DNA of 63,489 nucleotides, filler included, from Lenisia limosa (lineage: Eukaryota; Protista; Breviatea), in assembly GCA_001655205.1 (NCBI GenBank). It is 13 parts of 13 records of this genome, joined end to end, with 100 filler letters (N's around TTAATTAATTAA, not from the genome) between each part and the next. Parts side by side here need not be neighbours in the genome. Positions count along the whole stretch, not along the records: positions 32,163 to 51,106 come from LPNZ01006450.1; positions 51,207 to 52,381 come from LPNZ01010737.1; positions 52,482 to 55,242 come from LPNZ01001226.1; positions 55,343 to 57,986 come from LPNZ01004518.1; positions 58,087 to 59,231 come from LPNZ01002217.1; positions 59,332 to 62,381 come from LPNZ01003375.1; 7 more parts are not named here. One strand, written 5' to 3'. Below, in pieces: positions 47,501 through 59,703 of this stretch. How positions within the stretch are numbered: position 1 is the stretch's first letter; every line of letters starts with the position of its first letter. A program made the translations under genes and the position numbers. Below the pieces are notes generated by a model. That model was not told where the DNA came from. It saw nothing but the letters and a program-made list of their open reading frames with translations, and searched no databases.

Positions 47501-50500
47501 TTGTAGAGAGATTAAATAAATATGGGTGGACTACTGGGTTGCTCTACTATTTCACAAATTGCTTTTAATAATAAAAAACTATGTGTACATATCACACATC
47601 ATTGCGAGAAAAAGGGGATGCTATTTCATGATCATGCATCTATAGTTAAAAGGTGAAAGTAAAAAAATGGTATTTATGAAAACAAATACAATAAAAAGTG
47701 CATTTTAGATTCTTTCAAAAAAACAACACCCCATTCTTTGAGAAAATTTTGCATTGTATCTCCCAAATATAGGTTTAATTTCTCGATACATCCTCTACAA
47801 CTATCGATTTTCTGAATGTTTATTGTTTCTACTGAATCAGTAATCTTACCTCATTTGAGCTATTCGGTGCAATTCGAGCCTCCAGTCCTCCATGCTTTAT
47901 TGACACTGACACAAGAAGCTGCGAAAAAAAGGAATGAATGTATATTCAAAAAGTAGTTAACAAAATAACACTTAGGTGTTGTAGAAATCCCAAGTTAATG
48001 TTCCACAGCATTCATAAAAATCCCAAGTCAATGCGTCGTTGTGTTCATAAAAATCCCAATTCCCTACAATTGTTGGTACGTCTTGAAACGATGATTCTCT
48101 GTCGAGTTGTTCGGTTGAGGTTTTTGGTTTGGGGTTGAGCGGTTCTTCCGGGGATACATCGCGATCATCAAATGAACTTTCGCGGCTATGACTCTGGACA
48201 TTTTAGTGGCTATGAATCTAAACATTTTAGTGGTGCAGAAACAAAACACAACCCCCAGACACACAACCCTAAAACCCCTTAAAATCCACCATCACCCTTT
48301 CATTGTATTTGTTAACCTTCAACCCTCCTCCCAATTATTATTTCAGATCAAATTGGTTGATAAGGCTAGCCCACTTGCGAAATGACAAGTCCAATTAGTA
48401 TGACACCCCCCTCCCTCTGATACCACAAAGAACTGGGAAACTAGAAAACAATCTTTTCTCAGTTAATTACGATGTAACTACCAATTAATTGGTATGCTTA
48501 TTCATACCGTATGAGGCACAGGTGTAGGTGTTTGCGACCGTGTTGGCGGACTGTAGTTTTCGGGGCTATTTATACTGATTCCAGAGAGGGACGGTGTAAC
48601 GTTGGTCGAAGAAATTTCGGACATTTCGTGCTTAATTCGGCAAACTGTGATGTAATATAAGACAACTAGTAGAACTTCACTTCTTTAGAAAATGATCGGT
48701 GAAATTCGAGTTATCGAGGATATCGATATATTCAGTATATTTTCGAACCGATGTGATGCCATCGTGTAAGATAAGAAAAATTGAGGTAAGAAAAACGATG
48801 AATAGGAAAAAACCCCAACTCAATTCGCCGTATTTCACCCCAACCCCTCTCGCTCCTCTTTGAAATATGTGTTTTAAATTTTAAATAAACCATTACCACG
48901 GCGCATCGACTTGGGATTCCCATGTATTATTTGGGAATCCATAAATTTCTTCGAATTCACATAAATTTCCATGGGATTCCCATGTAAAATATGGGAATTC
49001 CAACGTTTTCGCAAGAATCCCAAGTCGATGCCCCAGTGATCAAACCACCAAAACGTTAATAAAAGATAAGACCCATTTACTTGGGGAAGCCATCTCAAGG
49101 GATCCACGGGGAGGAAAATGTTTTTCAACTGCTTTCTTGAGGGCCTAATCTTGTTAGTAAAAACCTATAATAGCTCATTATTGAGCGCATTTAACTTAAT
49201 CAAGAGTCAGTGTTAAATTTTGGCGTCATTATACATCTCTAATATATTAGTATTTAAAACTTCGGGCATAATCAATGGATACTTCAAAATTTGGAATGGG
49301 AATTGTTGTGAACACCATTCAATTACAAATTCACTACGGCGCATGGACTTGGGATTCCCTGATATTTTGCGAATCCTACAAATTTCTTCAAATTACCATA
49401 AATTTTCATGGAATTCCCATGTAAAATATTGTAATTCCAATGTTTTCACAAGACTCCCAAGTCGATGTGCCTTAGTGACCCAAAACCTCCCTCGCACAGC
49501 CCTCACTGTATTCTTCGAGACTCTGACTGCGGGGGACGAGGGGCGACTCCCCACCTCATTTCGAGAAACATCAGGAGCAGCAGGCGGCATGATCCGTTTT
49601 GGGGGACCTTGGCTGAGAAAGATGAAGGGGCCTATGTTGATGGTGCTTAAAGGGGAAGGTTGGGCGTTTTTGATGGCGTATATTGGTAGCTAGAATACGG
49701 ATTAAACATAAATATTGAAGAAATACATTAATATGTGTGTTGTGAAGGAACAAATCGAAATGAAAGTGAAGTAGGATAAGTTGCCTAATAGGGAAATCAC
49801 ATTTCTGTCAAATTCATCACTATTGTAATTATTGGCTCCAAAACCTCCCTTCCAATTATGCGTTTTGTGTCATAACAATTTGTCTTAAAAAGGAAATTCT
49901 AGAACAATTCACTGGAGAGTACGTTTCGACAAGTACTCCATGTTAACAGTTTTCACACAGGGCCATATTCTGGTTCGCTGGAGGTGAAGTGTGTTAGAAT
50001 TTCCTTTTTAAGAATCATATGGTGGAGCTTGATAAATTGATGTGTCTGTCAACTCCTTTATTTCGTTCATCATACATCACCCAAGGGGCCTCCTCTCCTG
50101 GAATATTGTACTTCAGTATACTCCATCTTCACCACTAAACCAACTACAATTTCCATACTTCAATACTTCACCATGAATCTTACACACGAAACCCACCCAT
50201 ATAATACATCAGGTAGTATATTATAATAATACATATAAATCACTCTACATTTGTCTATTGCCCNNNNNNNNNNNNNNNNNNNNNNNNNNNNNNNNNNNNN
50301 NNNNNNNNNNNNNNNNNNNNNNNNNNNNNNNNNNNNNNNNNNNNTCCACAAGGTAAAATGTACATGGGGCCACGGACTTGATGCTATAATTTGGAACACC
50401 ATATTTTTTTTGTCTGGTGAAGTACAATACTCCAGGAGCAGCCCACATCACCACAATAAGTCACAATCGACAAGTGTGATTTCACACAGTGTTTATATAT

Positions 50501-51007
50501 TACATGAGGCTAATGAGGGAGCATTTTATGCGCAGCCTTACTCAGAGAGTAACACTAGAGAGAACCCCTATTTCGGGAATCAAACAGTGCTGTATGTAAA
50601 TTGCACCACCCAACCTCAAGGAGACTGATTTTCAAGTATCCACATCAGGACTAATTTCGGCCAGCGTATGCACACTGGATCTCACCAACATATGAAGTCA
50701 TTGATGAGCGTGATAAAACGAGTCCGCTAATTAGAGCTTCACTTCAGGTCAAAAAAGACCGGAAAATGTCGTTAGTTTTCGAGGATTTATCGAAAAATTC
50801 AGTCTTTTTTCAAGTGAAGCCCAATATAGTAGTGATAGAATACAATAACAAATCAACTTTTTTTTTTAAAAAAATACATTATCGTACATACGAAAACAAA
50901 CAAAACGCTCTGTTATTCGCTCCCTTTACCAACGCAGCGTCATTAATTTACCTGGTTTTCTTCTCGCTAAATGAGGGGACGCCTGAAAGCGCGTGAGAAG
51001 ACGTCAT
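44578..51007 (-). CDS. Multi-exon protein of unknown function (Pro/Ser-rich middle, C-terminus ...IATVQIFDRRISPLLALAIVAGNKPSNVDYDYLNWPAAAPRWRW)
   Basis: About 15 exon-like segments with AG/GT boundaries on the minus strand. The hydrophobic C-terminal helix is reminiscent of tubby/LURP folds, but this is unconfirmed. Confidence 0.5.
49332..49477. mobile_element. MITE family E (CACTA...TAGTG ends)
   Basis: CACTACGGCGCATGGACTTGGGA...TCCCAAGTCGATGTGCCTTAGTG. Copies at 48894-49038 and partial at 45285-45385, 47975-48065, 56510-56578. Confidence 0.75.
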
Positions 51008-51628
51008 GAATGACGTGATTAATAATATCACAACCATATTCCAAATTCACAAAACAAAGGCTGCAATAATTCAACAAGCCCCCCACCCCCCCATACACCG
51101 AAACCANNNNNNNNNNNNNNNNNNNNNNNNNNNNNNNNNNNNNNNNNNNNTTAATTAATTAANNNNNNNNNNNNNNNNNNNNNNNNNNNNNNNNNNNNNN
51201 NNNNNNGATGGGATATATATATAATATAGCAATGAGAAATAAAAAAAAGGTTGTATCCGGCCAAAGACGTCCACACCATCACACGTATAAGATATATTGG
51301 ATTATAGTAATATAATATCAATTCACCCAATTACTTGCCTTACAAACTCTGTGCACACAGCTGGGTGATGGGATAGGTATGGTAGAAGAGCATGAAAGCA
51401 GGGAAGCTCACCCGCATTGGGACTGTCAGAGAGGCGGTAANNNNNNNNNNNNNNNNNNNNNNNNNNNNNNNNNNNNNNNNNNNNNNNNNNNNNNNNNNNN
51501 NNNNNNNNNTCTGAGGCATAAAGGGGACAAAGTGTTACGCATTTTCATTTAATCGAGTCAGGGTTTGAATCGAAGAGTGGTGTACACCTTCGAATTCCCA
51601 TATAAGTCTCGGTACAGGACACCCACGC

Positions 51629-52356
51629 TCAAGACGAGGGCCTAAGTTCGGAGCTGGAGGGGGACGGCAACGACGAAAAGGAGACTGGCTTCCTGGGGTG
51701 TGACAGGGAGCAAAAAACAGGGTACAGGGGTTATTATAAGAGGAGCATATGAAAAAGAGCTCTCACCCCACCATTGTTTTTCTTTTTGCCCGAAGGCGGC
51801 CTGTTTGGTGATGTCACTGGAGATGCGGAAGAGGACATCATTGACGATGCTTAATTGTGAGGGATGTGGCAGAGTCAGCCAACGACACTAGAAGACCGAC
51901 TTAATAAATCTCGATATATCTCTATTTACTTGCGATATATCGAGACTACCCTGGTTTCGGGCGTTGGGAAGCCCTAATTACCAGTATTAATAGCTGGCTA
52001 AAGACAACCACATGATCAAACGTATTATCACCCCAATCACTCCTCTATGTGTTCAATAAAAATATCATAGTATATGCATATATCATATGATCACATAGTA
52101 TATAATAATGTCCTATTTTGCCACCCACCAATAAACGCGGGGGACACGAAAAGCTTGCTGACCAAACAGGCCCATCGAGATATCACATCAGGCCGAAGAC
52201 TCTGGGGAGGGGAGGGGGAGTTAATGATCAATAAAACCGATTTTAGGAATGAGAAGATTATCCATACATTTGTTCTTTTCTTTACTTCCTCCGCGATTTC
52301 CTCCTTATTGAGGGGGGTTCCTCCATGCCGAAGTCTCATAAGCTCGTGATCTGGGG
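51629..52356 (-). CDS. 3' exons of an unassigned gene (or C-terminus of the DUF547 gene)
   Basis: Four exons splice in frame: HELMRLRHGGTPLNKEEIAEEVKKRTN-SLRPDVISRWACLVSKLF-CRWLTLPHPSQ...KQW-KPVSFSS...RPSS*. Separated from the DUF547 exons by the linker at 52426. Confidence 0.5.
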
Positions 52357-52619
52357 TTGGAAATGAGGTGGGGGGAATGGANNNNNNNNNNNNNNNNNNN
52401 NNNNNNNNNNNNNNNNNNNNNNNNNTTAATTAATTAANNNNNNNNNNNNNNNNNNNNNNNNNNNNNNNNNNNNNNNNNNNNTTCTGCAGCACCGCATCCC
52501 ATCACTCCAGCTTCTGCAGCACCGCATCCCATCACTCCAGCGTTCGGGGGGTAGAGTTTTGAAAACGACTGTGGTACTTTGCCCTCCAATCCCCAAATCA
52601 AAACAAGAGACCCCCTATC

Positions 52620-54258
52620 ACCAGGGCAAAATGAATTCGAAAATCAAGCGGCACGCTCAGTGCTAACCGTGAGTCCTCTTTCTATGATATTAGTGACAAT
52701 AAATTGACTTTTGCTGTAAGTAAAATGGTTTGAATTGGGTTTTCTACGTTGAAATAATTAAAAGTGGTGTAAAATAGCATCGATCTTGACATGAAGCGCT
52801 AATCTTGCTTTGATATTAGTATAAATTACACGAGTCCTGTCTGCATGGTTGCACTTATCGTACCACATAATATGCTAATATTAATGAGATATAATACTTA
52901 TCTTTCTATGACAAGGATTATATTTCTATCATGAAATAAAAAAAATGGGTGAAAAATAGAGGTTGCTCCTCCCCCACCTTAAGTGTCTTAAAGCGCCCCT
53001 TCCACATCCCAGCATTATTGCGAAGAATTCCGTGTTCAATAACGTTCAACGACAGAGTGTGGCCTCCCACTATGTAGCTGGAAAAGTGAGTTAGAATAAA
53101 CGGAGAACAAAAATAAATAATACAAAAAATTTGTTGCCTTGGTAGAATTTTTTTTTAAAAAAAGTTGGTTTTTGTTTTCTTTATTGGTAGTTGGAATACT
53201 AGGACGAAGGATGAATTGAACTACATGTAAAAGGCAGCCTGGGACCTACCAGATATTTTGGAAGAATTTGAGTCGTTGGAAGTTGGTTTCTGGAGGTCCA
53301 AATATGACCAACCTGAATCGATTAGAAGGTAAATCTTGGCCGATTGCTATGGGATAATATCTGGAGGAAAATTGGTTAATCACGTTTACTGAAAGAGTTT
53401 TGTGTTTTTTTTCAAGAGCTTCGCTTCCGATTCCAAAAAAGGGAGACTGAAATACCAATGAATTCAATCAGTATTGATATTTTGTCAGTTTTTTGGAACA
53501 GAAGTGAAGCTCTAGTTTTTCATAACACATTCTTTTGTCCCTCTAATAGTAAATTTATTTTGTACAAAAAAACATTCCTGCACATCTACTGTGTCCCTCT
53601 ATAGGTAGTGAAGCTCCCAACATACCCATGAATGACAAGGGAGTTGTAAAGGTTAATAAAAAACACTCTTCGCTCATCAGCAGGGATGTGCTCTACGTTC
53701 AGTCGCTGAAACAATTAAGACTAATCCAGTGTACGATACGTTCTCAAAATATTGGCAAAGATTAAAGCTCAGTATCAGTGTCAGGACTTATTGCGGTCAT
53801 ACAAACCTTTAGTCGAGCAGTAAGTTTGATATACTCCTTCAGTTCGTTGCTGGTTTTCATTGAGGTGTAATCAACACTTGAACCTAGAAAACGAATAAAA
53901 GATAATCATTTTATTTTGTTTTATTTCCCATTACATTCACTTCAGATATTGAGACCTTATTGTTCAATCACACGAGTGGACATACGGCGGACAAATAAAA
54001 ATTCACACATGTGAAAATGACCGAACAAGTGATGTGATTTGTTATCTGACACTTCATAGAATGATCCTTCAAAAGAACTCACCATCATCAGACAGGAAAG
54101 AGCCGTACAATCCAAGCGTGGCTCTTCGAATTTCGGACGATAAGGCACTGGCTGAGGTAGAAACAGATGGTGGTGGAGACGTTGAAACTGATGGTCCTGG
54201 TGGTGGAGGAGACGTGGAAGACGAGGGGCGTGGTTCCTCACTTAGTTCGTTTTCCTAA
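52620..54258 (-). CDS. DUF547-domain protein
   Basis: Spliced SSVDYTSMKTSNELKEYIKLTARLK-RLNVEHIPADERRVFFINLYNSLVIHG-LVIFGPPETNFQRLKFFQNI-YIVGGHTLSLNVIEHGILRNN-VPLDFRIHFAL, covering the hallmark DUF547 motifs (FFINxYN, GGHxxSLxxIEHGILR, RIHFAL). Confidence 0.88.
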
Positions 54259-55616
54259 TGTGAATGAGATCAAAATGAATCATTGAAAAGGGGAACAAAC
54301 AGAGGTGAAGGGGGGGGGGAGGTGATAAAAATATAAATAAACAGGGTAGTCGTCATAAATATCATGTACTGCATCATTGTGTACATACTACGCTATTTGG
54401 GTAGGTTGAATAACAGCAATCCTTGTATCAATTAGGTACACTCCTTCGAGGCTTTCAATGAAGCTAATGAACCGGTTCTATTTTTGCCTCATTCCAACAG
54501 AAATGGTTCATCAGAAAATTTGTATGTTGAACTGAACAGAAGTGGCCCGACAAGTCTCATTTTACAAAAATAGGTGCGTGAAACACTTCTTCACCTGCCC
54601 ATGAACCTTCTCAAGCAAGATTCTTCTCAGAGGCAAGTAGGTTAGTTTTCAATTCTAATGCTGATATCTACAATGAAGCAATAAAGTGCATGTCTAAATT
54701 TTTTCATTAAAGTCAGCCAAACACCACCAGTTAATGGATATTTCCGCTTATGCATTACGTTCTTTCATTAGCACCAGTTTATTTGTTTTGTCTGACAGTT
54801 TTTGATTTAGTTGTTCCAATTGCAGATGGTTGAAGGGGCGCGCCTCTGGTGCCCCGTGCTCAGCTGCAGACCTGACTCCTAATTGTCAGCGCATCTTAGA
54901 CGCCACCACCGGTGCCGTTGAACTGTTTACCCACCTTCTCCCCGACTCGGTTGGCTTGATGACTGCAAACTTTTCTTGGCTTTGCACGTTGGTCCGTTAC
55001 CCCCTCCACAGAAACATGACACCATTGCAAATGTGGTAAAAACCTGCTTGGTTTTCTCCATGGCCCGCATTCCAATTGGCGCCATCGAAGCAGCAGTTAT
55101 CTACTCAGGGCCACTTTGAGCCGTCCTCCAGTTGTAACGACTTGTAAAACGGCTTTATACCTACGAGTCTTGCTAATGGGACTTTGGTTGGCACGAGCTC
55201 GAGTACAATCAGCCAAAGGGCAAGACGAGTCCCTTCGAGTCGNNNNNNNNNNNNNNNNNNNNNNNNNNNNNNNNNNNNNNNNNNNNTTAATTAATTAANN
55301 NNNNNNNNNNNNNNNNNNNNNNNNNNNNNNNNNNNNNNNNNNGGGGTCATTGACAAAATATACAACTGAATCATATATCATATATAATTTTTTTTAAAAT
55401 AGAAAAAAAGGAAAGATAAACCGTTTTTGATTAAGTAGTTATTACCTTTGCCTTATTTTCAGCAAAATACAAGACATGATAGATAACACATTCAAATGTT
55501 GAAAAGTACGATATGTTGTTCTGATATAATTATCGATATAGTATATTATTTTGAAATTTCACCTGAGGCTCCTTCCAAATTCAAAAGTGCACAAGACACA
55601 ATCGCTAAAACCTCCT

Positions 55617-58600
55617 AGTCATATCCACCCTCGAACCGGGTCGACAACGCCCATCCCTTCTGCACAGCAATATCGAAGGAAAGCGGCCGCCTCTTGACAA
55701 GGGTAATGGTGGGGCTTGGAGACTTCGAGGACTTTGGGAGGAGGTGGGGGTGGGGGGCGGATACCCGTGAGGTGTTACACAAGGGCTTGTAGGAGCTTGA
55801 AATGAAGAAGTGTCGAATGGTCTTGTTTTTGGACACTGAGATGAGGGACTGTAGCTTGACCTGGAGTGTCAGTAGGATGGCAAAAAGGGTTATGGTATAT
55901 AATAATTATTATGACAAAAGTTCATACTATGGTCTGCAACAAGTAAACGGCATGTTTACATGTGAACTACTATGGGGAATATCACTCTGAATACATAACC
56001 TCATATCATATGAAAGTAGTTTCAGAATACCATATCTGTACAACTAGCATGTCTGTACAACTGGCTACATAGACCAAAGTCTTTCCACACTTTCACTATA
56101 ACGCCCTCGACGGAGAACAACTGTTTTGTGGCATATATTACATAGCGGATTATATTGCATCTCATACAAACTGCCAAATATAACTCTTTTTATAATATAT
56201 GATAAGATATATCAGAAATAGTATGTATATTTGTATCTCTAGATTGTATTGTCTTGTCTGAAACAATAATCAGGATAACCCGTCACCTTGTGAAGGAGCT
56301 GCAACTTGACGAGCTGATTGGGGTCGGGCGACACGAGGACGTAATCCGAGCCACACGATATCGGTGTTCGCGGCGTGAAAACATGTTCGGAGACAGGGGA
56401 CTCTTCTTTCTTCTTCTTACATCCTAGGGATCATCATTTTATAGCAATAATAGAATCTTGGTGAACAACAACAACAGATCGGTGTTAAAAGGAGGAATGG
56501 GAATTACACAACGCGATTCTTGTGAAAGCGTTGGAATTCTCATAATATAAGGGAATCCCAAGTCGATGCGCCGTAGTGTAGAAAGGATGTCATGGCCGAA
56601 GCCATCATGATCAGAAATATTGAAATAAACGATTGTCATTGGTACAAAAATAATCATTCAATATGGTTGATTGTATTTGTAATATATTAATTACACTTTG
56701 AATGAAACCAAATCCACCACACCAACTTTTCAATTTCCGACTACGGATCCCTCGTAGATTCGCTGTTTTCATTACCTTGGTTACAACAGTGGTACAACTC
56801 AATAATTAAAAAGCTAAGTAGTATTTAGGTTTAGGGACGTATCGTCCACGTCCACTCCAAGGCGGACTCTATGGAAGGTATAGTTTTTGCAACTGGAATA
56901 GAATTTCGGGGTTTTCTTGTCTATTTATATTGCTGCTTGTTTCTGTAACTTTATTTTGCACAGGAGGGCCATAGAAGAAGATAATAAAGCAATTTCAGTC
57001 ACAAAAAAATATCTAATCCATCCAGCAGAGCAAAAACATGTTCCGTTAAATTTTTTCACCCTTTTTGTTACAGAGTGTGAGGGTTGTATAGGTGTGGTGT
57101 AGTTATAAAATAATATCTGGCCAAACACCAATTCCAACGCATAGTTTTTGGCTGTCAGCTTCTCGACTTCTTGCGCTCGCCCCTGTGCCTCAGTCGCTTC
57201 TTCTCAGTCTTCTTTTGGAGTGTATCTCCAAATACTATTACACTAGCCTTTCAGGATGCCTGTCCGCGGCTTTGAGGGTAGGCAATCATATGATCACGCA
57301 CCCCGCTGTTGCACCTTTTCTTCTGTACCTTTCACAATTATATTGAGCTTCATATCTTGCGTTATAATATGGTGATTTTGACAAAGGTCTTGTCGTTAAT
57401 TTGGAGTTTCCAAGGGCTACTGTTGTTTTTGTTTGGGATTATTATTAATTATGAGCTGTAAGGCAAGTGATTGGGTGAATTAATATTATACTATAGTCCA
57501 ATATCTCTTATANNNNNNNNNNNNNNNNNNNNNNNNNNNNNNNNNNNNNNNNNNNNNNNNNNNNNNNNNNACTTAGAGCACATCTGAGCTTAAATCACAT
57601 TCTTACAATATGATGCAAATCCTTTTTTGTTCTCCGAGGATAAAGGGATATCAAAGATGTTTCTCCCAACGATTCTATATCAAAACCCCGCTTTTTATAC
57701 ATAGTAGGAGTCAACATTCATTCAAAATATTCTTTTTCTATGTTGTTACATATCGAAATACATTCTCCTTACTATGTTGCATTTCACTTTTATTTCTCCT
57801 TTTTCGAATTCCTTTGTACCTCAATTGTGAACCAGGAGAGTTAATCTGTTTGTTAGTTTGCTAATTTCCCGTTTCCTTTCATGTCGCAGAGTACCTCCTT
57901 TCCCATGGTGTTGTTACTGAAGAACCAATCTCTGTCCTCCAAGGATCGACTATCGCCTTTGATGGTGGGGGGGGGGGTGACTAGTTNNNNNNNNNNNNNN
58001 NNNNNNNNNNNNNNNNNNNNNNNNNNNNNNTTAATTAATTAANNNNNNNNNNNNNNNNNNNNNNNNNNNNNNNNNNNNNNNNNNNNGGGGGTGAGTACTA
58101 TATTAGAGATCCACAACAAAACGATAAACAATACAAATACTCTCAGGTGTAATACACCAACCTGCGATGGACACAATGCAGCGGCAGTTAGCGCATCCGA
58201 CCATGCTGGCATAGGCCACCAGACTATCGGAACAGAGGTGGGAACTGCACTTCCGATGCCTGGACCCGCGGTCGGCATATTGGACCACATATAAGGCGGC
58301 GCCATGCCAGGAGGCATTGTTGGCATTGTCGGTGCGGCAGCTGGGGGGAATTGGGGTGCTGGGACTTGAGGTTGAGGAGACGTTTGAGCGGCTGGTGCTG
58401 GGAGGGGTGTAAGCTGGGACTGTCTCTGCCTAAAATAGAAACTGGGCTTCGATGTGTAAGTTTGGTATTATGTGAAGCTCAAGTTAAACATGACCTGCAT
58501 TGTCATTGTATTTTACGACACCGCCTTCGCCAATGATCAAGATAGCTACTCCTTTGCATCAATATTCACCTTCATTCACCCTTCATCCTCAAAGTTGATT

Positions 58601-58710
58601 GCTGTTAGTAATGTGTTTCCAGTACCCCCACGAGAATGATGGATAGGGGAGCGGCGTCGTGGGGGGCTGGCAGCAGGTGAAATCTCCCGGGGGGAACCTG
58701 ATTGGTAACA
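55617..58710 (-). CDS. Proline-rich unassigned exons (possibly two genes; linker at 58031)
   Basis: GC-richer exon-like segments, e.g. PTMPPGMAPPYMWSNMP and PHGYPPPPPPPPKVLE. Reading frames partly ambiguous. Confidence 0.4.
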
Positions 58711-59703
58711 AGAGGCATGTTCTGTGACTACCTATTATAAGATTATTGAAATATTGTATCCTTTGACATCTTCATAGTTTATCATTTTTTGGGTATACTG
58801 GGAAGTTCAACAAAATGAACACATAGTATCATTGACAATGCCAAAAAGAAAGAAACCTCTAAGAATCCCACTGAAAGAGCTCATGGACTGTGACCTTGAT
58901 GAGTCGGATACAGTGGACGTGTCGGTGCCATGTACCGCTAAAATGTCAACAGATGTAAAAATGAGAAACTAAAATAGTTATCTGGGAGAAGCTGTCCACA
59001 CTATTACGCTTATACACTACAGCAAAAATAGTACTCATTGAAATAACACACAAAGCCAACCTTTGATTGGGGAGAGGGAAAGGTCTTGATTGATGCTGGA
59101 CCTAAATTGAGGTCAGAACCAGTTATATTATGCAAAAATTAGTCATGATTCAGATACATTAGGTCGAAAATTTTTCCCCACTCATACACTTTTCCCCTCT
59201 CATTATCAAGAGTACCTTTGCTGTAGCCCCCNNNNNNNNNNNNNNNNNNNNNNNNNNNNNNNNNNNNNNNNNNNNTTAATTAATTAANNNNNNNNNNNNN
59301 NNNNNNNNNNNNNNNNNNNNNNNNNNNNNNNTAGTGCATTTCCACCCATCCTCCTCGTTCATTATAAACACTCACGGTTTCCTTCATTTCACCCCGCCAC
59401 AGACGGAGCACCGTTGCCACCCTCTCGCCTTACAGCATCAAGACTTTAAACTTGGTGGGGGCCTGGTAGTTGGTTGTCAGAAAGGGACACAGTTTGCCTA
59501 TCATTAAACCTCATACTTCTGACCAAACAGGATTGCCTGTCTTCAAGGAGCCCGTGGTCCTAACTGATGAAGAGTTACCTCAGGAATGGCAACAGGTGGG
59601 CTGATGAAATTTCGTTTTTTCGCATGTTATCAAAATCCTCGAAATGTTTCGTTTTGTAATTATTGACCCATTCTCACCCCCCCCCACTGGTAATTTGGCG
59701 TAC

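Noticed and set aside
54420-54780. Glutaredoxin/DEP domains upstream of DUF547
   Set aside because: Expected from known architectures, but I could not assemble convincing motifs from these exons.
54940-55120. Plus-strand GWLDDCKLF...KHDTIANVV resembling reverse-transcriptase YxDD and RHD motifs
   Set aside because: The frame is short and stop-bounded with no other RT motifs; more likely an antisense reading of exons.
59400-59596. Two plus-strand exon-like segments (GLPVFKEPVVLTDEELPQEWQQ)
   Set aside because: Isolated next to a linker gap with no start, stop or family evidence; not enough to call a gene.
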